A stretch of 64,000 nt of DNA from a virus. The stretch spans positions 7,199 to 71,198 of IMG/VR virus record IMGVR_UViG_3300041409_000508. One strand, written 5' to 3'. Numbering within the stretch: position 1 is the first letter of the stretch; each line of letters opens with the position of its first letter. The notes under the pieces are model-generated. The model saw nothing but the letters and a program-made list of their open reading frames with translations. It was not told where the DNA came from and searched no databases. Of the stretch, positions 46,766-55,076 are shown piece by piece. A program made the position numbers and the translations under genes.

Positions 46766-47395
46766 TCACTGTGGACCTTCAAGTTTGGCCGATGATCCTT
46801 CGAGGATCTTGCACAGCAGCGGCCACAGACTCGCGCCCCACGCGGCGGGGCAGCGCCTGCAGTAGACCGTCATCTGGGATTTGTCCAGGTAGAGGGCACT
46901 ACGCTGGACCCGCTCGCCCATCGTCGGATCCCAGACCATCGCGGTTCGCTGTGAGCAACTCGGGCACGGCTGAGCACGTGTCTCGACGGTCTGCGGGTCT
47001 GGCGTGAGGATGCCGTCCGCACGCTGGACCCACTTCCTAGCATCCTCGATCGCTGCTTCGAGGTAGTACGGCGCTCCCACCGACCAACGCGGCCCGTAGG
47101 CCGTCCAGGCCCTGATCCGCCAGCTACGCGTCTGATCCAGCCGGCCGCGGTAGCCGGACTGCCGTAGCGCTGCCGAGGTCACCAGATCGATCTCAGCCAG
47201 CAGTGCCATCACGTCGAGGTGTGCCGGTGCCCGATAGACGCTGCCGGTGCCGGTGACCCCGCTGGACGGCTCGATGGCCTGCTCCAGCTGGTCAAGCCGG
47301 GACGGGACTGTCGTTGAGAGTTGATCATTAACTTTGACCAGGCGCGGGTTCAGCAGCGCGTCGACCGCGGCGTACAGATCATCTACTGCGGCCAT
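46766..47395 (-). CDS. Phage protein with C-terminal CxxC..CxxC zinc ribbon (possible late regulator)
   Basis: PCPSC...YCRRCPAAW; function inferred only from motif and position. Confidence 0.6.
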   Translation of the reverse strand: MAAVDDLYAAVDALLNPRLVKVNDQLSTTVPSRLDQLEQAIEPSSGVTGTGSVYRAPAHLDVMALLAEIDLVTSAALRQSGYRGRLDQTRSWRIRAWTAYGPRWSVGAPYYLEAAIEDARKWVQRADGILTPDPQTVETRAQPCPSCSQRTAMVWDPTMGERVQRSALYLDKSQMTVYCRRCPAAWGASLWPLLCKILEGSSAKLEGPQ

Positions 47396-47429
47396 CGATG
47401 ACTAGACGCACCAGTATGGTCACAGGTTG

Positions 47430-47684
47430 CTACCCGTACAGCCTAACTTTTTCTTCGTCAGTAAGAACTGGGCCGCGCCACATTCCATCTCGGAAGTATG
47501 CCGCCCGTTGGCCTTGATACATCATCTCCGCTGGATCAAGACAGGCGCCGTGCTCACCGAATGCGTATCGATGTTTGTCGAACAGACCTACTCCACTGAA
47601 TGTGCGGTGACACGCACTACAGTGAGCCGCACCTAGAGCGGTCCATTGCCGGCCACACTCACTGTGGACGATCATCTCGGCCAA
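47430..47684 (-). CDS. FDXHR-type zinc-binding phage protein
   Basis: AHCSACHRTFSGVGLFDKHR....CLDP. Confidence 0.75.
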   Translation of the reverse strand: MAEMIVHSECGRQWTALGAAHCSACHRTFSGVGLFDKHRYAFGEHGACLDPAEMMYQGQRAAYFRDGMWRGPVLTDEEKVRLYG

Positions 47685-47888
47685 CTCCTATACATCAGTG
47701 CGGCCACTCCCATCAGAATCACTAGATTAATTCCATCTAACACTAATGAAGCCATCGACCATGGAATGAACACAGTCGCCAGGTAAATGATCGTCGCCAA
47801 CGACAGCAGAACGATGATCGGTATCTGCCGACGATTATCCAGTCGCCTGGCGACCTGTGCTCTCACCAACGCATCATAAAGCTCTCGG

Positions 47889-48083
47889 TCAGCTTTCACG
47901 ATCACTACACCTCTTACAGCGAGGTTGATACACCGCAGCAGCGATCCCGTCAGCACCTAATGGCCGTCCACATGCTGTTTTCATATATTGTTTACCTCGA
48001 ACAGTAAACTCGGTCTTATCAATTATTCGATGCGCAAGAGTATGATTAGTTCTACTAAGCCACCATTTATCGTCAGCTTTCAT
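47889..48083 (-). CDS. H..C..CxxC miniprotein
   Basis: LAHRI...KTACG...PRCKRC. Confidence 0.55.
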   Translation of the reverse strand: MKADDKWWLSRTNHTLAHRIIDKTEFTVRGKQYMKTACGRPLGADGIAAAVYQPRCKRCSDRES

Positions 48084-48085
48084 GA

Positions 48086-48433
48086 CTAACCAGCGTAACC
48101 ATAACTGCCGCCAGTCTGCCAAGGACGCTTATCTCTGTCGTAAGACTCTGTCATTTCTTTGAACGCCAGCACAGCTTTCAAATCGATACGAGTTCTGCCG
48201 ACCACATTATAAGAACCGGGAAGACCATATCCAGGAGGAGGGTTCTTCTTGTTCTTCTTACGGTAATTCTCGTACTTTTTACGCTGGTAGCTGATGCCCG
48301 ACACCGACATATCCAATATCTCAGCGGCCTGTTCACGCGTCAGTTTCTGCGGATAACGTTTCCGTCCCACCACGGTGTATTCGGACAACTGGACAGGATC
48401 TACGGGTTTGGTCTCTACAGGTTCGTTCGTCAT
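48086..48433 (-). CDS. Helix-turn-helix DNA-binding protein (excisionase/MerR-like)
   Basis: LTREQAAEILDMSVSGI...RIDLKAVLAF; leaderless. Confidence 0.7.
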   Translation of the reverse strand: MTNEPVETKPVDPVQLSEYTVVGRKRYPQKLTREQAAEILDMSVSGISYQRKKYENYRKKNKKNPPPGYGLPGSYNVVGRTRIDLKAVLAFKEMTESYDRDKRPWQTGGSYGYAG

Positions 48434-48440
48434 GAGCAGC

Positions 48441-48463
48441 ATCCTATCACAGGCTGCACTACC
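48441..48463 (-). promoter_or_regulatory. Phage promoter motif, 1-unit form, driving the HTH gene
   Basis: Minus strand TAGTGCAGCCTGTGA-TAGGAT with ATG 7 nt downstream. Confidence 0.7.
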
Positions 48464-48499
48464 AAAGCTACCCATGAGTAAGCGAGCGAAGCCCAGGAG

Positions 48500-48755
48500 C
48501 CGGGAGCGCTCAGCCTAAGCCGTGGGAACCGAGCGCTCCCGGACTGTGCTCGATGCCGGAGGTTGCGTCGAGCGAGGGGCGATCAGCAGTCCGCTGGGGC
48601 AACCAAGCGGCTGCGAGGCTCAGGCTAACCGAGTGACGGGGTCTCGTCGCGAGGGCTGGACGGGTGAGACGGGGTTTGCTCGCCCTCCAGCGGCGCTGAG
48701 AGCCTTCAGACCACCAGAGGGTCACTCGGGTATGGCTGAAGGGGTTCTAGGCGCT
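48500..48755 (+). ncRNA. Candidate structured RNA/ssDNA element (six adjacent stems)
   Basis: Stems at 48500/48542, 48548/48573, 48586/48614, 48633/48650, 48655/48691 and 48703/48742; G-U pairs favour the plus strand. Confidence 0.45.
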
Positions 48756-48986
48756 CCACGGCGCCAGGACACGGCTGCGCGGCCCGCTCCAGCGCCGCGG
48801 ACAAGTCCAGTCCGAGCCGTGCACAGCAGTCCCCGATCTCATCGACCGCTATGCCCGCGCGCTTGGCGTAGCGCAGCACGGTCCGCACCGCGGCGTCGTT
48901 GAGATTCGCATCGAGCTGCTCATCGACCCGACTGAGGTTCAGCGGCCAGGTCTCGCCGGCTTGTGCTCTGCCCATGAGTGCTCACG

Positions 48987-49214
48987 TTAGTAGTCCTGTG
49001 GTCGGCTGGGCATGTAGACGTAACCGACCTTGACAGCTCCCGACGTGATGGCCATCCAACAATCCCAGTTGTCCGAACCATCCGTGTGCACCTGACGATC
49101 AAGAGAACGTACGTACACTGCCTCAGTGCCGCAAACCGAGCACGGGAACATCGTCTTGTCAGTGATGGTCCCCGATCTCATGACTCGATCAAGAACGTGA
49201 GTTTTGAGTTTCAT
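48987..49214 (-). CDS. Small hypothetical protein
   Basis: AGGAGA SD; CSVCG...LDR.VH.DGS.N..CW. Confidence 0.6.
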   Translation of the reverse strand: MKLKTHVLDRVMRSGTITDKTMFPCSVCGTEAVYVRSLDRQVHTDGSDNWDCWMAITSGAVKVGYVYMPSRPQDY

Positions 49215-49254
49215 GATCGTTTATTCTCCTAGTAGTTGATCTTGTCAAAGAGTC

Positions 49255-49630
49255 GATCAACTGGTCCGATGATCTTGAAACGATAGATCGACATAATTGC
49301 TGATTTTGCTTATCTGCCCAGGTCGGGCTGGGGGTAGGCTCGGGATGATCATCCGCCGGTAGGCCTCTGGACTGATCATACCTCCCCTGTCAACCCCAAG
49401 CCCTAGACCCAAGGTGGTCCGGACCGTCCGGACCACCCCGGACCACCTAATTTCCTAATGGAGTAACTTAAATTTATTTCCGCAGGTCAGGCAGTATTTT
49501 CATAAATTTTCAACTGGTCCGCGACTGTCCATGATCATCGGACCACCTCGGACCACTACTCCATTCAGGGAGTGGTCCGGAGCGCGCGGACCACCCCGGA
49601 CCACCACTAGTCCACTCGAATGAACTAGCG
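49255..49630. repeat. Candidate replication origin: CGGACCA iterons around an AT-rich core
   Basis: About 10 CGGACCA/TGGTCCG copies in direct and inverted orientation; AT-rich 49448-49512; directly downstream of the primase-helicase. Confidence 0.65.
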
Positions 49631-49631
49631 A

Positions 49632-51554
49632 TCATGAAAACGGGTCTCCACCAATTTCTTCAGCAATGGACGGCCAGAAACCTGACTGCCCCTGATCGGC
49701 TAGTTCCTGCGTTGCTTCATCGATCTTGGCGACAGCTCCGTGGTACTCCTCGAAGATCGTTACTTTGTCCGAGTTGCCGGCCCGGTGCCCCGCGTCGCGC
49801 ACGGCTTTGAGCAACTGGTTGGCAGAACCGAACCGAAGACCGGCTTTGATCTGGTCGGCGATCCACTGTGACCGTGCCGATCGAGGCCGTGGTCCGGCCA
49901 ACGCTTCAACGACCAGCGACTCCACACATCTGGTCATGGAGATGGCCAGCGCATGGCCTGACTCTGCGATCTTCTGCCGGTCACAGACCAGTGACGCGGT
50001 TCGCTCGCCGGTCTTGGTCAGCATCATCTCGGTGTCCACGCTGGCCCGCCAGGCGCTGGCCCCACGGCCACGCTCGCCGGCGTCACCGTTCTCGTGGCCG
50101 GTGTGATGCACCAGCATCAGCGTGCCGCCACAGGACTGGCGCAGTGCATCGAGGTAGGTGAAGATCTTCGCTTGGTCGGTGTTGCTGTTCTCGTCATAGC
50201 CGGCGGTGGCTTTGGCTTGGGTGTCGATGACGACGAACCCGGATTTGGCATCGGCGACCCAACTAGCCAGCCCAGCCCAGTCGGTACTGCCGATCTGCAC
50301 TGTGCCGCGGGTCAGCATCAGCTTGCCTCGTAGCTCTTCCTGGTTGACGTTGTTGGCAGCACACCACGCCTTGACACGTCGTTTGTAGTCGGCGAGCCCT
50401 TCACCGACCACATAGAGCACGACAGTCTGTGTGGTCTGCCAGCCGTGCCATTCACGCCCCAGTGCCACACAGCAGGCCATGTCCAGCGCGACGAAGCTCT
50501 TATAGCTGCCTGGCTGGCCGACCAGACGCGCAGTGGTGTCTTGATAGAGCCAGTGTTCGATCAACGGTGCTGGATCCGGCATCTCGTCCAGATCAGCGGC
50601 GTCGATGAGCATGGACGTGAAGTCGTCAGTACTCATCTCACTGCGGACGTGTGGATCTTTTGGGAGGTCATCGATCGGTGCCGGATCTTTGGTGGCCACC
50701 CATACCGGATCCTGCGCGCCGACCTCCAACCCGGATTCGATGATCTCTACGTCATCGTCGTCCGGCTCGTGGCCGGTCGTTCTGATCGCATCAACCAGCT
50801 GGTTGTAGGCATCGGACTCGTCTAAGTAGCCGGTGCCGACGAACCCACCGAAGAATCGTGTCTTGCGCAGTAGCAGTTTGCGAAATCCTGAGTCGTTCCA
50901 GCCTCTGGTCTTGATGTGGTCGGTGATCTCAGCGAGCGAGTCGGTGAGAACCCGTTGCGCTTCACTAGGAGACCAGTCGCAGAAGATGTCTCTTGGTCGC
51001 CAGCCTGGTTCGTAGGTCAGTGGCTTGCGTTCTCGCTTGGCTGCCAACTCCAGTCCAACCCCGGACCAATCAGTCAGCGGTAGCCAGCTCTCGACGCTGT
51101 AGGCGCCGTCCAGCGACCCAGGGCCGAACACCCCACCACCGATGCCTTTGATGTCCACACCGGCCAGTCCGGAGCCGGGACAGCCCACGCCTGTGTCGTT
51201 GCGGTAGTAGTGGTGTCGGCCACCGGAGACCGTCTTGACCACCACACCGCCCGCGGGACGTCCTTCCCAGGAGGCGATGCCGTCCACGCCGTTCTTCACA
51301 TCGAGGTCGGCTACGACGATCCCGGAGGGTCCACAGGCGATGAGATAGGCATTGGCCCCGGAGTTGGCGAACGCCCGCAGCACCTGGTCTCGGGTGGCTC
51401 CGTGAGACTGCCAGTCTTCTACCAGGTTGCTCAGGATCTTCCTACCGTCTGACTGCCTGATCTCGACATGGCAGGGCTGCACCGCGACACCGTGCTCCAG
51501 CATGCGCAGCGCGCCGGCTAGCGCAGGCGTCACAGGCACGGGAGCGGCACTCAC
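49632..51554 (-). CDS. Bifunctional primase/polymerase fused to a RepA-like AAA helicase
   Basis: GIVVADLD, T.SGGRHHYY, GVDIKG, GQPGSYKS (Walker A), VVIDT, VHHTG and RGASAW motifs. Confidence 0.92.
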   Translation of the reverse strand: MSAAPVPVTPALAGALRMLEHGVAVQPCHVEIRQSDGRKILSNLVEDWQSHGATRDQVLRAFANSGANAYLIACGPSGIVVADLDVKNGVDGIASWEGRPAGGVVVKTVSGGRHHYYRNDTGVGCPGSGLAGVDIKGIGGGVFGPGSLDGAYSVESWLPLTDWSGVGLELAAKRERKPLTYEPGWRPRDIFCDWSPSEAQRVLTDSLAEITDHIKTRGWNDSGFRKLLLRKTRFFGGFVGTGYLDESDAYNQLVDAIRTTGHEPDDDDVEIIESGLEVGAQDPVWVATKDPAPIDDLPKDPHVRSEMSTDDFTSMLIDAADLDEMPDPAPLIEHWLYQDTTARLVGQPGSYKSFVALDMACCVALGREWHGWQTTQTVVLYVVGEGLADYKRRVKAWCAANNVNQEELRGKLMLTRGTVQIGSTDWAGLASWVADAKSGFVVIDTQAKATAGYDENSNTDQAKIFTYLDALRQSCGGTLMLVHHTGHENGDAGERGRGASAWRASVDTEMMLTKTGERTASLVCDRQKIAESGHALAISMTRCVESLVVEALAGPRPRSARSQWIADQIKAGLRFGSANQLLKAVRDAGHRAGNSDKVTIFEEYHGAVAKIDEATQELADQGQSGFWPSIAEEIGGDPFS

Positions 51555-52102
51555 GTCGCACCGTCTAAGACAGCGCTGCTGCAGTCGGGCTTGCGGTAGT
51601 TACGGCTCTTCAGCACCTTGCCGTCGCTGCGGTAGATGGGATGGCCGTCGTCATCAAGCTTCGAGAGGTTGGCACGGTGGACTTCAGCAACTGCAGTATC
51701 CAAGTTGATGTTTTGCGAAGCAGCCATGCCGTAGAGCCGTCGGATCACTCCAGATAGTCTTGCGGCAACGACCGCTGTATCACCGAACAGGAGTGGTCCT
51801 ACTAGTCCGACACAAGCGTTGTACAAGTCGCTGAAACCGGTGTAGTACTCCGCTGGCTTGCCAGGGTCAGTACCCAAGGCGACAGCCGTGCCAAGAACAA
51901 CGTAGGTAAGGTCTGCTAACTCATGAGCGATATTCGTAGTCTCGCCGGTTAGAAGAGCTTCGCGAAGTTCTTGGCACTCTTCAGCTATCAAGACGGCACG
52001 GAGGGCGCCGAGCTTGATAGACCATGGCTGGTTGATGGGGTGGCCGAAGACACGATGGAACTCGGCTACTTTGGCGTGGGTGCTATGCTGATCACAGCTC
52101 AT
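51551..52102 (-). CDS. MazG-like / PRA-PH nucleotide pyrophosphohydrolase
   Basis: V.EFH..F, LIAEEC.E, ELADLTYV, EVHRANLSK and DGKVLK motifs. Confidence 0.88.
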   Translation of the reverse strand: MSCDQHSTHAKVAEFHRVFGHPINQPWSIKLGALRAVLIAEECQELREALLTGETTNIAHELADLTYVVLGTAVALGTDPGKPAEYYTGFSDLYNACVGLVGPLLFGDTAVVAARLSGVIRRLYGMAASQNINLDTAVAEVHRANLSKLDDDGHPIYRSDGKVLKSRNYRKPDCSSAVLDGAT

Positions 52103-52562
52103 CGATTGGTTTCTTTCCGTGTGGCAGCGGATAGCCTCGACGCTGGTTCCAGCGGCGGGGCCGGGTTGGGTGGCAGGCCCTCAGGATTCGGCTCCCTGGG
52201 GGCTTGTCTTATGTCTTGAGTGGCTTCCAGGGCTGTGCGGTATCGATGCCGGCCAGCGGGTCGCGTCCCTCCTGCCACAGGATGTGGTGATCGTTGCCCA
52301 GCTCAGCCAGGCACATCGGGCAGTTAGACCAACGTTCGCAGCGTTCGAGGTCACGTCCGACGACCCACGCATGCTGCCTGCCGGTCAGCTCGTAGGGCGT
52401 GCTCATGTCGAGTCCTGCGCGTGGTAACTAGTCATGACCAGTCACTCTCACGTCTCATTAGATCGTCGCAGTAGTCGCATAAGCTCCACTCATCACACCT
52501 GCACTCCCAACGGACGTTGGGCTTGAGCGTGTCAAGCCACCATCGCAACCACTCAGGGAGTC

Positions 52563-52757
52563 TCACGTCGAGTCCTGCGACCGCGGCACTGGCACACAAG
52601 CTTCGTCAGCAAGTAGACGCTGGCGACTTAGGAAGTCATCAACCATCGCGCTGACAGCGTCGTTGAGCGACAGTCCAGTGCTGAGGGCATACTGCGCTAC
52701 TTGATCATATCGCCACGCTGGCGTACGCCAGGTGACGGTGTGCCGAGGTTCTGTCAT
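52563..52757 (-). CDS. Ribbon-helix-helix (Arc/CopG-like) regulator, putative
   Basis: HTVTWR strand followed by YDQVAQYA...GLSLNDAV helices; leaderless behind a TAGGCT -10. Confidence 0.6.
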   Translation of the reverse strand: MTEPRHTVTWRTPAWRYDQVAQYALSTGLSLNDAVSAMVDDFLSRQRLLADEACVPVPRSQDST

Positions 52758-52774
52758 CAGGCGAGCCTAGCACG

Positions 52775-52808
52775 CTTGCTTGCAAGCAAGTTCAGTCTGC
52801 GCTAACCT
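52775..52808 (+). promoter_or_regulatory. Perfect 16-bp palindrome overlapping divergent promoters
   Basis: CTTGCTTGCAAGCAAG (52775-52790); TTGCAA-17 nt-TAACCT. Confidence 0.7.
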
Positions 52809-52814
52809 TGGCTG

Positions 52815-53087
52815 CGTGCCGGTCAGATGCCGGGACCTCGTGAGCATTGGTTTGACAGCTAGGTAAGAGCCCGAGATAGTGCATCGGCTGGTTGGATGCG
52901 GATAGAGATGAGTGTCTTAGGTTGCTGATGCTCACGAGTGGTTGTCGCTTCAACTATCGAACGCATTTCGGTAGGGCCTGACAGCATGGCGACAGCAAGG
53001 TCATCGGCTGGTTTTAGCCGATGGGCGGAAGTGCCTGGTATGTGAGCTTACTTGATGCCAGCTCAACTCCAGGCACTTCCGTTTTTC
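52815..53087 (+). ncRNA. Candidate ~270-nt structured non-coding RNA
   Basis: Own promoter, no ORF, nested stems, terminator cggaagtgcctgg/ccaggcacttccg followed by a T-run. Confidence 0.6.
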
Positions 53088-53100
53088 TAGAGGAGTTAAC

Positions 53101-53304
53101 ATGAAAGGTCGCTGGTATCAACGTAAATGGTGGGTGAGCGATCATTTTATGCTAACTGATTCTCAGTCAACGTGGTTTGGTGAAATTAGATGTCAGTCTG
53201 CTTGTGGTGTTACAATGTCTCTTAATCAAGATTGGAAACCAGAACAAGATATCAGCACAGGTAAGAGATGTTCACGTTGTGAGCAAAAATTAAGTTTGAG
53301 CTAA
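53101..53304 (+). CDS. H..C..CxxC miniprotein
   Basis: GAGGAG SD; SDHF...SACG...KRCSRC. Confidence 0.65.
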   Translation: MKGRWYQRKWWVSDHFMLTDSQSTWFGEIRCQSACGVTMSLNQDWKPEQDISTGKRCSRCEQKLSLS

Positions 53305-54297
53305 TACAGCTAGTTTTTCTAAGATTGGTACTACTGCGTTAGGTCTACGACCTAATCCGCATGGTGTTGACACTCCCCAGCGCGGCCCCAGGATCTTCAG
53401 TATCCGGGCGCTGTCTTCTACGCTGCCGTGTTCGGTGACGATGCCGGCTATCGGTGTCACGGTCTCGGGTAGCCACATGTGTTTCAGCAGCCAGTAGTAG
53501 TCAGCGTCATTCGGTGCCGCATGTGTGCCGCTGGCGAACGGAAAGTGAACGGCGTCCAGCTCATGGTTACGCGGCCAGTGCGCTACCAGTGCGCTGGTCA
53601 GCTCGATCAGTGGATTAACAGACTTAGGTGTGATCAATGGCTGGCCGTGCGGGTCGCCGTAGCACCAGTGGACGACCCACAAGCTACCTATTGGACATGC
53701 CAGAATGAAGTCACGGATAGCGCGTGCGATCCGACCTGCTATTCTGTGCTGTAAGCGTCGGGGAGTACACGCTGTTAAGTAGGTCTCCAGCGGTACTTCC
53801 AGCTGGAACGTGATACGGTTACCCGCTAGTTCGCACAGCTTCTCGATCTCGACTATCGCCGCGGCACATTCCGTCTTGTAGTGCTGGCCGGCGAACGGTC
53901 CGAAGGTGAACGCAGCAAGGTCGAACGGTCCTGGGATGCCGACCTGCAGGCGCTGACCTGCTGTGGCCAGCTCATCGAATATCGGCAGTGCGTCGAGAGC
54001 TTTGATCGCATAGTCGAGTTTCAGTGTTTCTGTGGTGATCTCATGACCAGGACGAGTTATGGTGATGGCAGCGTGGTAAGGCTTCATCGGCACGGTGGTG
54101 TAGTTCATCGGCTTGAGTACCAACAGCTCAGGCTTCGATGCTCGCCGCGGTACGATGTCACCGGCCCACTCCAGGTCGCCTACCTCACCGGTCGGCAGGG
54201 TCTTCAACCAAGGACCGAGGGTGGCATGCATCAGTGTCATAGCCGAGCGAGTGTCCGGTGCCGGACAGCTGCCGACAAGGTGCGCTCGTCTGGTCAT
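53290..54297 (-). CDS. MetE/UROD-like TIM-barrel protein (cobalamin-independent methionine synthase-like)
   Basis: HLVGS.P, LPTGE.G, HWCYGD (HxC zinc ligands) and PCGLGR motifs. Confidence 0.7.
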   Translation of the reverse strand: MTRRAHLVGSCPAPDTRSAMTLMHATLGPWLKTLPTGEVGDLEWAGDIVPRRASKPELLVLKPMNYTTVPMKPYHAAITITRPGHEITTETLKLDYAIKALDALPIFDELATAGQRLQVGIPGPFDLAAFTFGPFAGQHYKTECAAAIVEIEKLCELAGNRITFQLEVPLETYLTACTPRRLQHRIAGRIARAIRDFILACPIGSLWVVHWCYGDPHGQPLITPKSVNPLIELTSALVAHWPRNHELDAVHFPFASGTHAAPNDADYYWLLKHMWLPETVTPIAGIVTEHGSVEDSARILKILGPRWGVSTPCGLGRRPNAVVPILEKLAVLAQT

Positions 54298-54306
54298 CGC
54301 GGTATC

Positions 54307-54897
54307 CTAGCGGGTCAGCCCGAGCTTGCTCTCTGCGGTGGTCCAGTTCGTTGCTATCGCGTTCTGCGCGTCTGCGATGGCGATATGGTGAGCGCAGACA
54401 GCTGAACGCAGATCATTCTCTACTTGGTCTTTCGAGTTATGGAAACCCTGGCCTGGCTCGTCACTGATCTCTGGCCACAAATTTTCTACTGAGTTAGCTC
54501 CACCAAGCTCAAGTGGGATGAGATGGTCGAGTTCGACAGTAGGTCTAAAACTAGTCGGCTCGCCATAAGCTTTCATCGCTGCTGTCTTGGTACGGTCGGT
54601 TTCACTGGTTGGCGGTCGTACGGTAGCCGTCCAGCCAGGATGGCAGACTGTGGCCGCCAGTGTCGCATTGGTGGGGTTGAGCATGTCTCCACGGATCGCA
54701 CCAGGAGTGCAGGAGGCCACTGGCAAGCGCACGTCATCGCCGGCTGACCGGCGACAGACAGCCCGGTAAGTGCCGGTCACATGGCTACTGGGTGCGACGA
54801 TCTGAATACCGGTGAGATGCGGTTGCGTGATCGACAGTGAGACAGGAGCGCCACACGAACTGGCAATTAACAATGCTGCTAAAGTAAATTTGATCAT
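54307..54897 (-). CDS. Secreted HNH-like nuclease-fold protein
   Basis: Signal/lipobox-like N-terminus; ELDHLIPLELGGA..VENLWPE. Confidence 0.7.
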   Translation of the reverse strand: MIKFTLAALLIASSCGAPVSLSITQPHLTGIQIVAPSSHVTGTYRAVCRRSAGDDVRLPVASCTPGAIRGDMLNPTNATLAATVCHPGWTATVRPPTSETDRTKTAAMKAYGEPTSFRPTVELDHLIPLELGGANSVENLWPEISDEPGQGFHNSKDQVENDLRSAVCAHHIAIADAQNAIATNWTTAESKLGLTR

Positions 54898-55076
54898 GCT
54901 ATTGCTTCAATGAAAGTTACGTATACTTTGCTCGCAGGAACATCGTGCGTGCTTGCGTGATGTTCTCTGGCTTTGATTTTAGCTAAATTCTGCGGTCCTT
55001 TGATGTGTTGAAACATAACAGCTCTTGTATGCCAATCAAATGTCTCGAATACGTAAACAGTGTCAGTCGACATCAA
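54894..55076 (-). CDS. Small hypothetical protein
   Basis: GAGGAG SD; overlaps both neighbours. Confidence 0.5.
   Translation of the reverse strand: MMSTDTVYVFETFDWHTRAVMFQHIKGPQNLAKIKAREHHASTHDVPASKVYVTFIEAIA

Noticed and set aside
52838-52870. tmRNA or tRNA (GGTTTGACAG resembles the tmRNA 5' end)
   Set aside because: There is no acceptor stem, T-arm (GTTCRA) or CCA end, and no tag reading frame.
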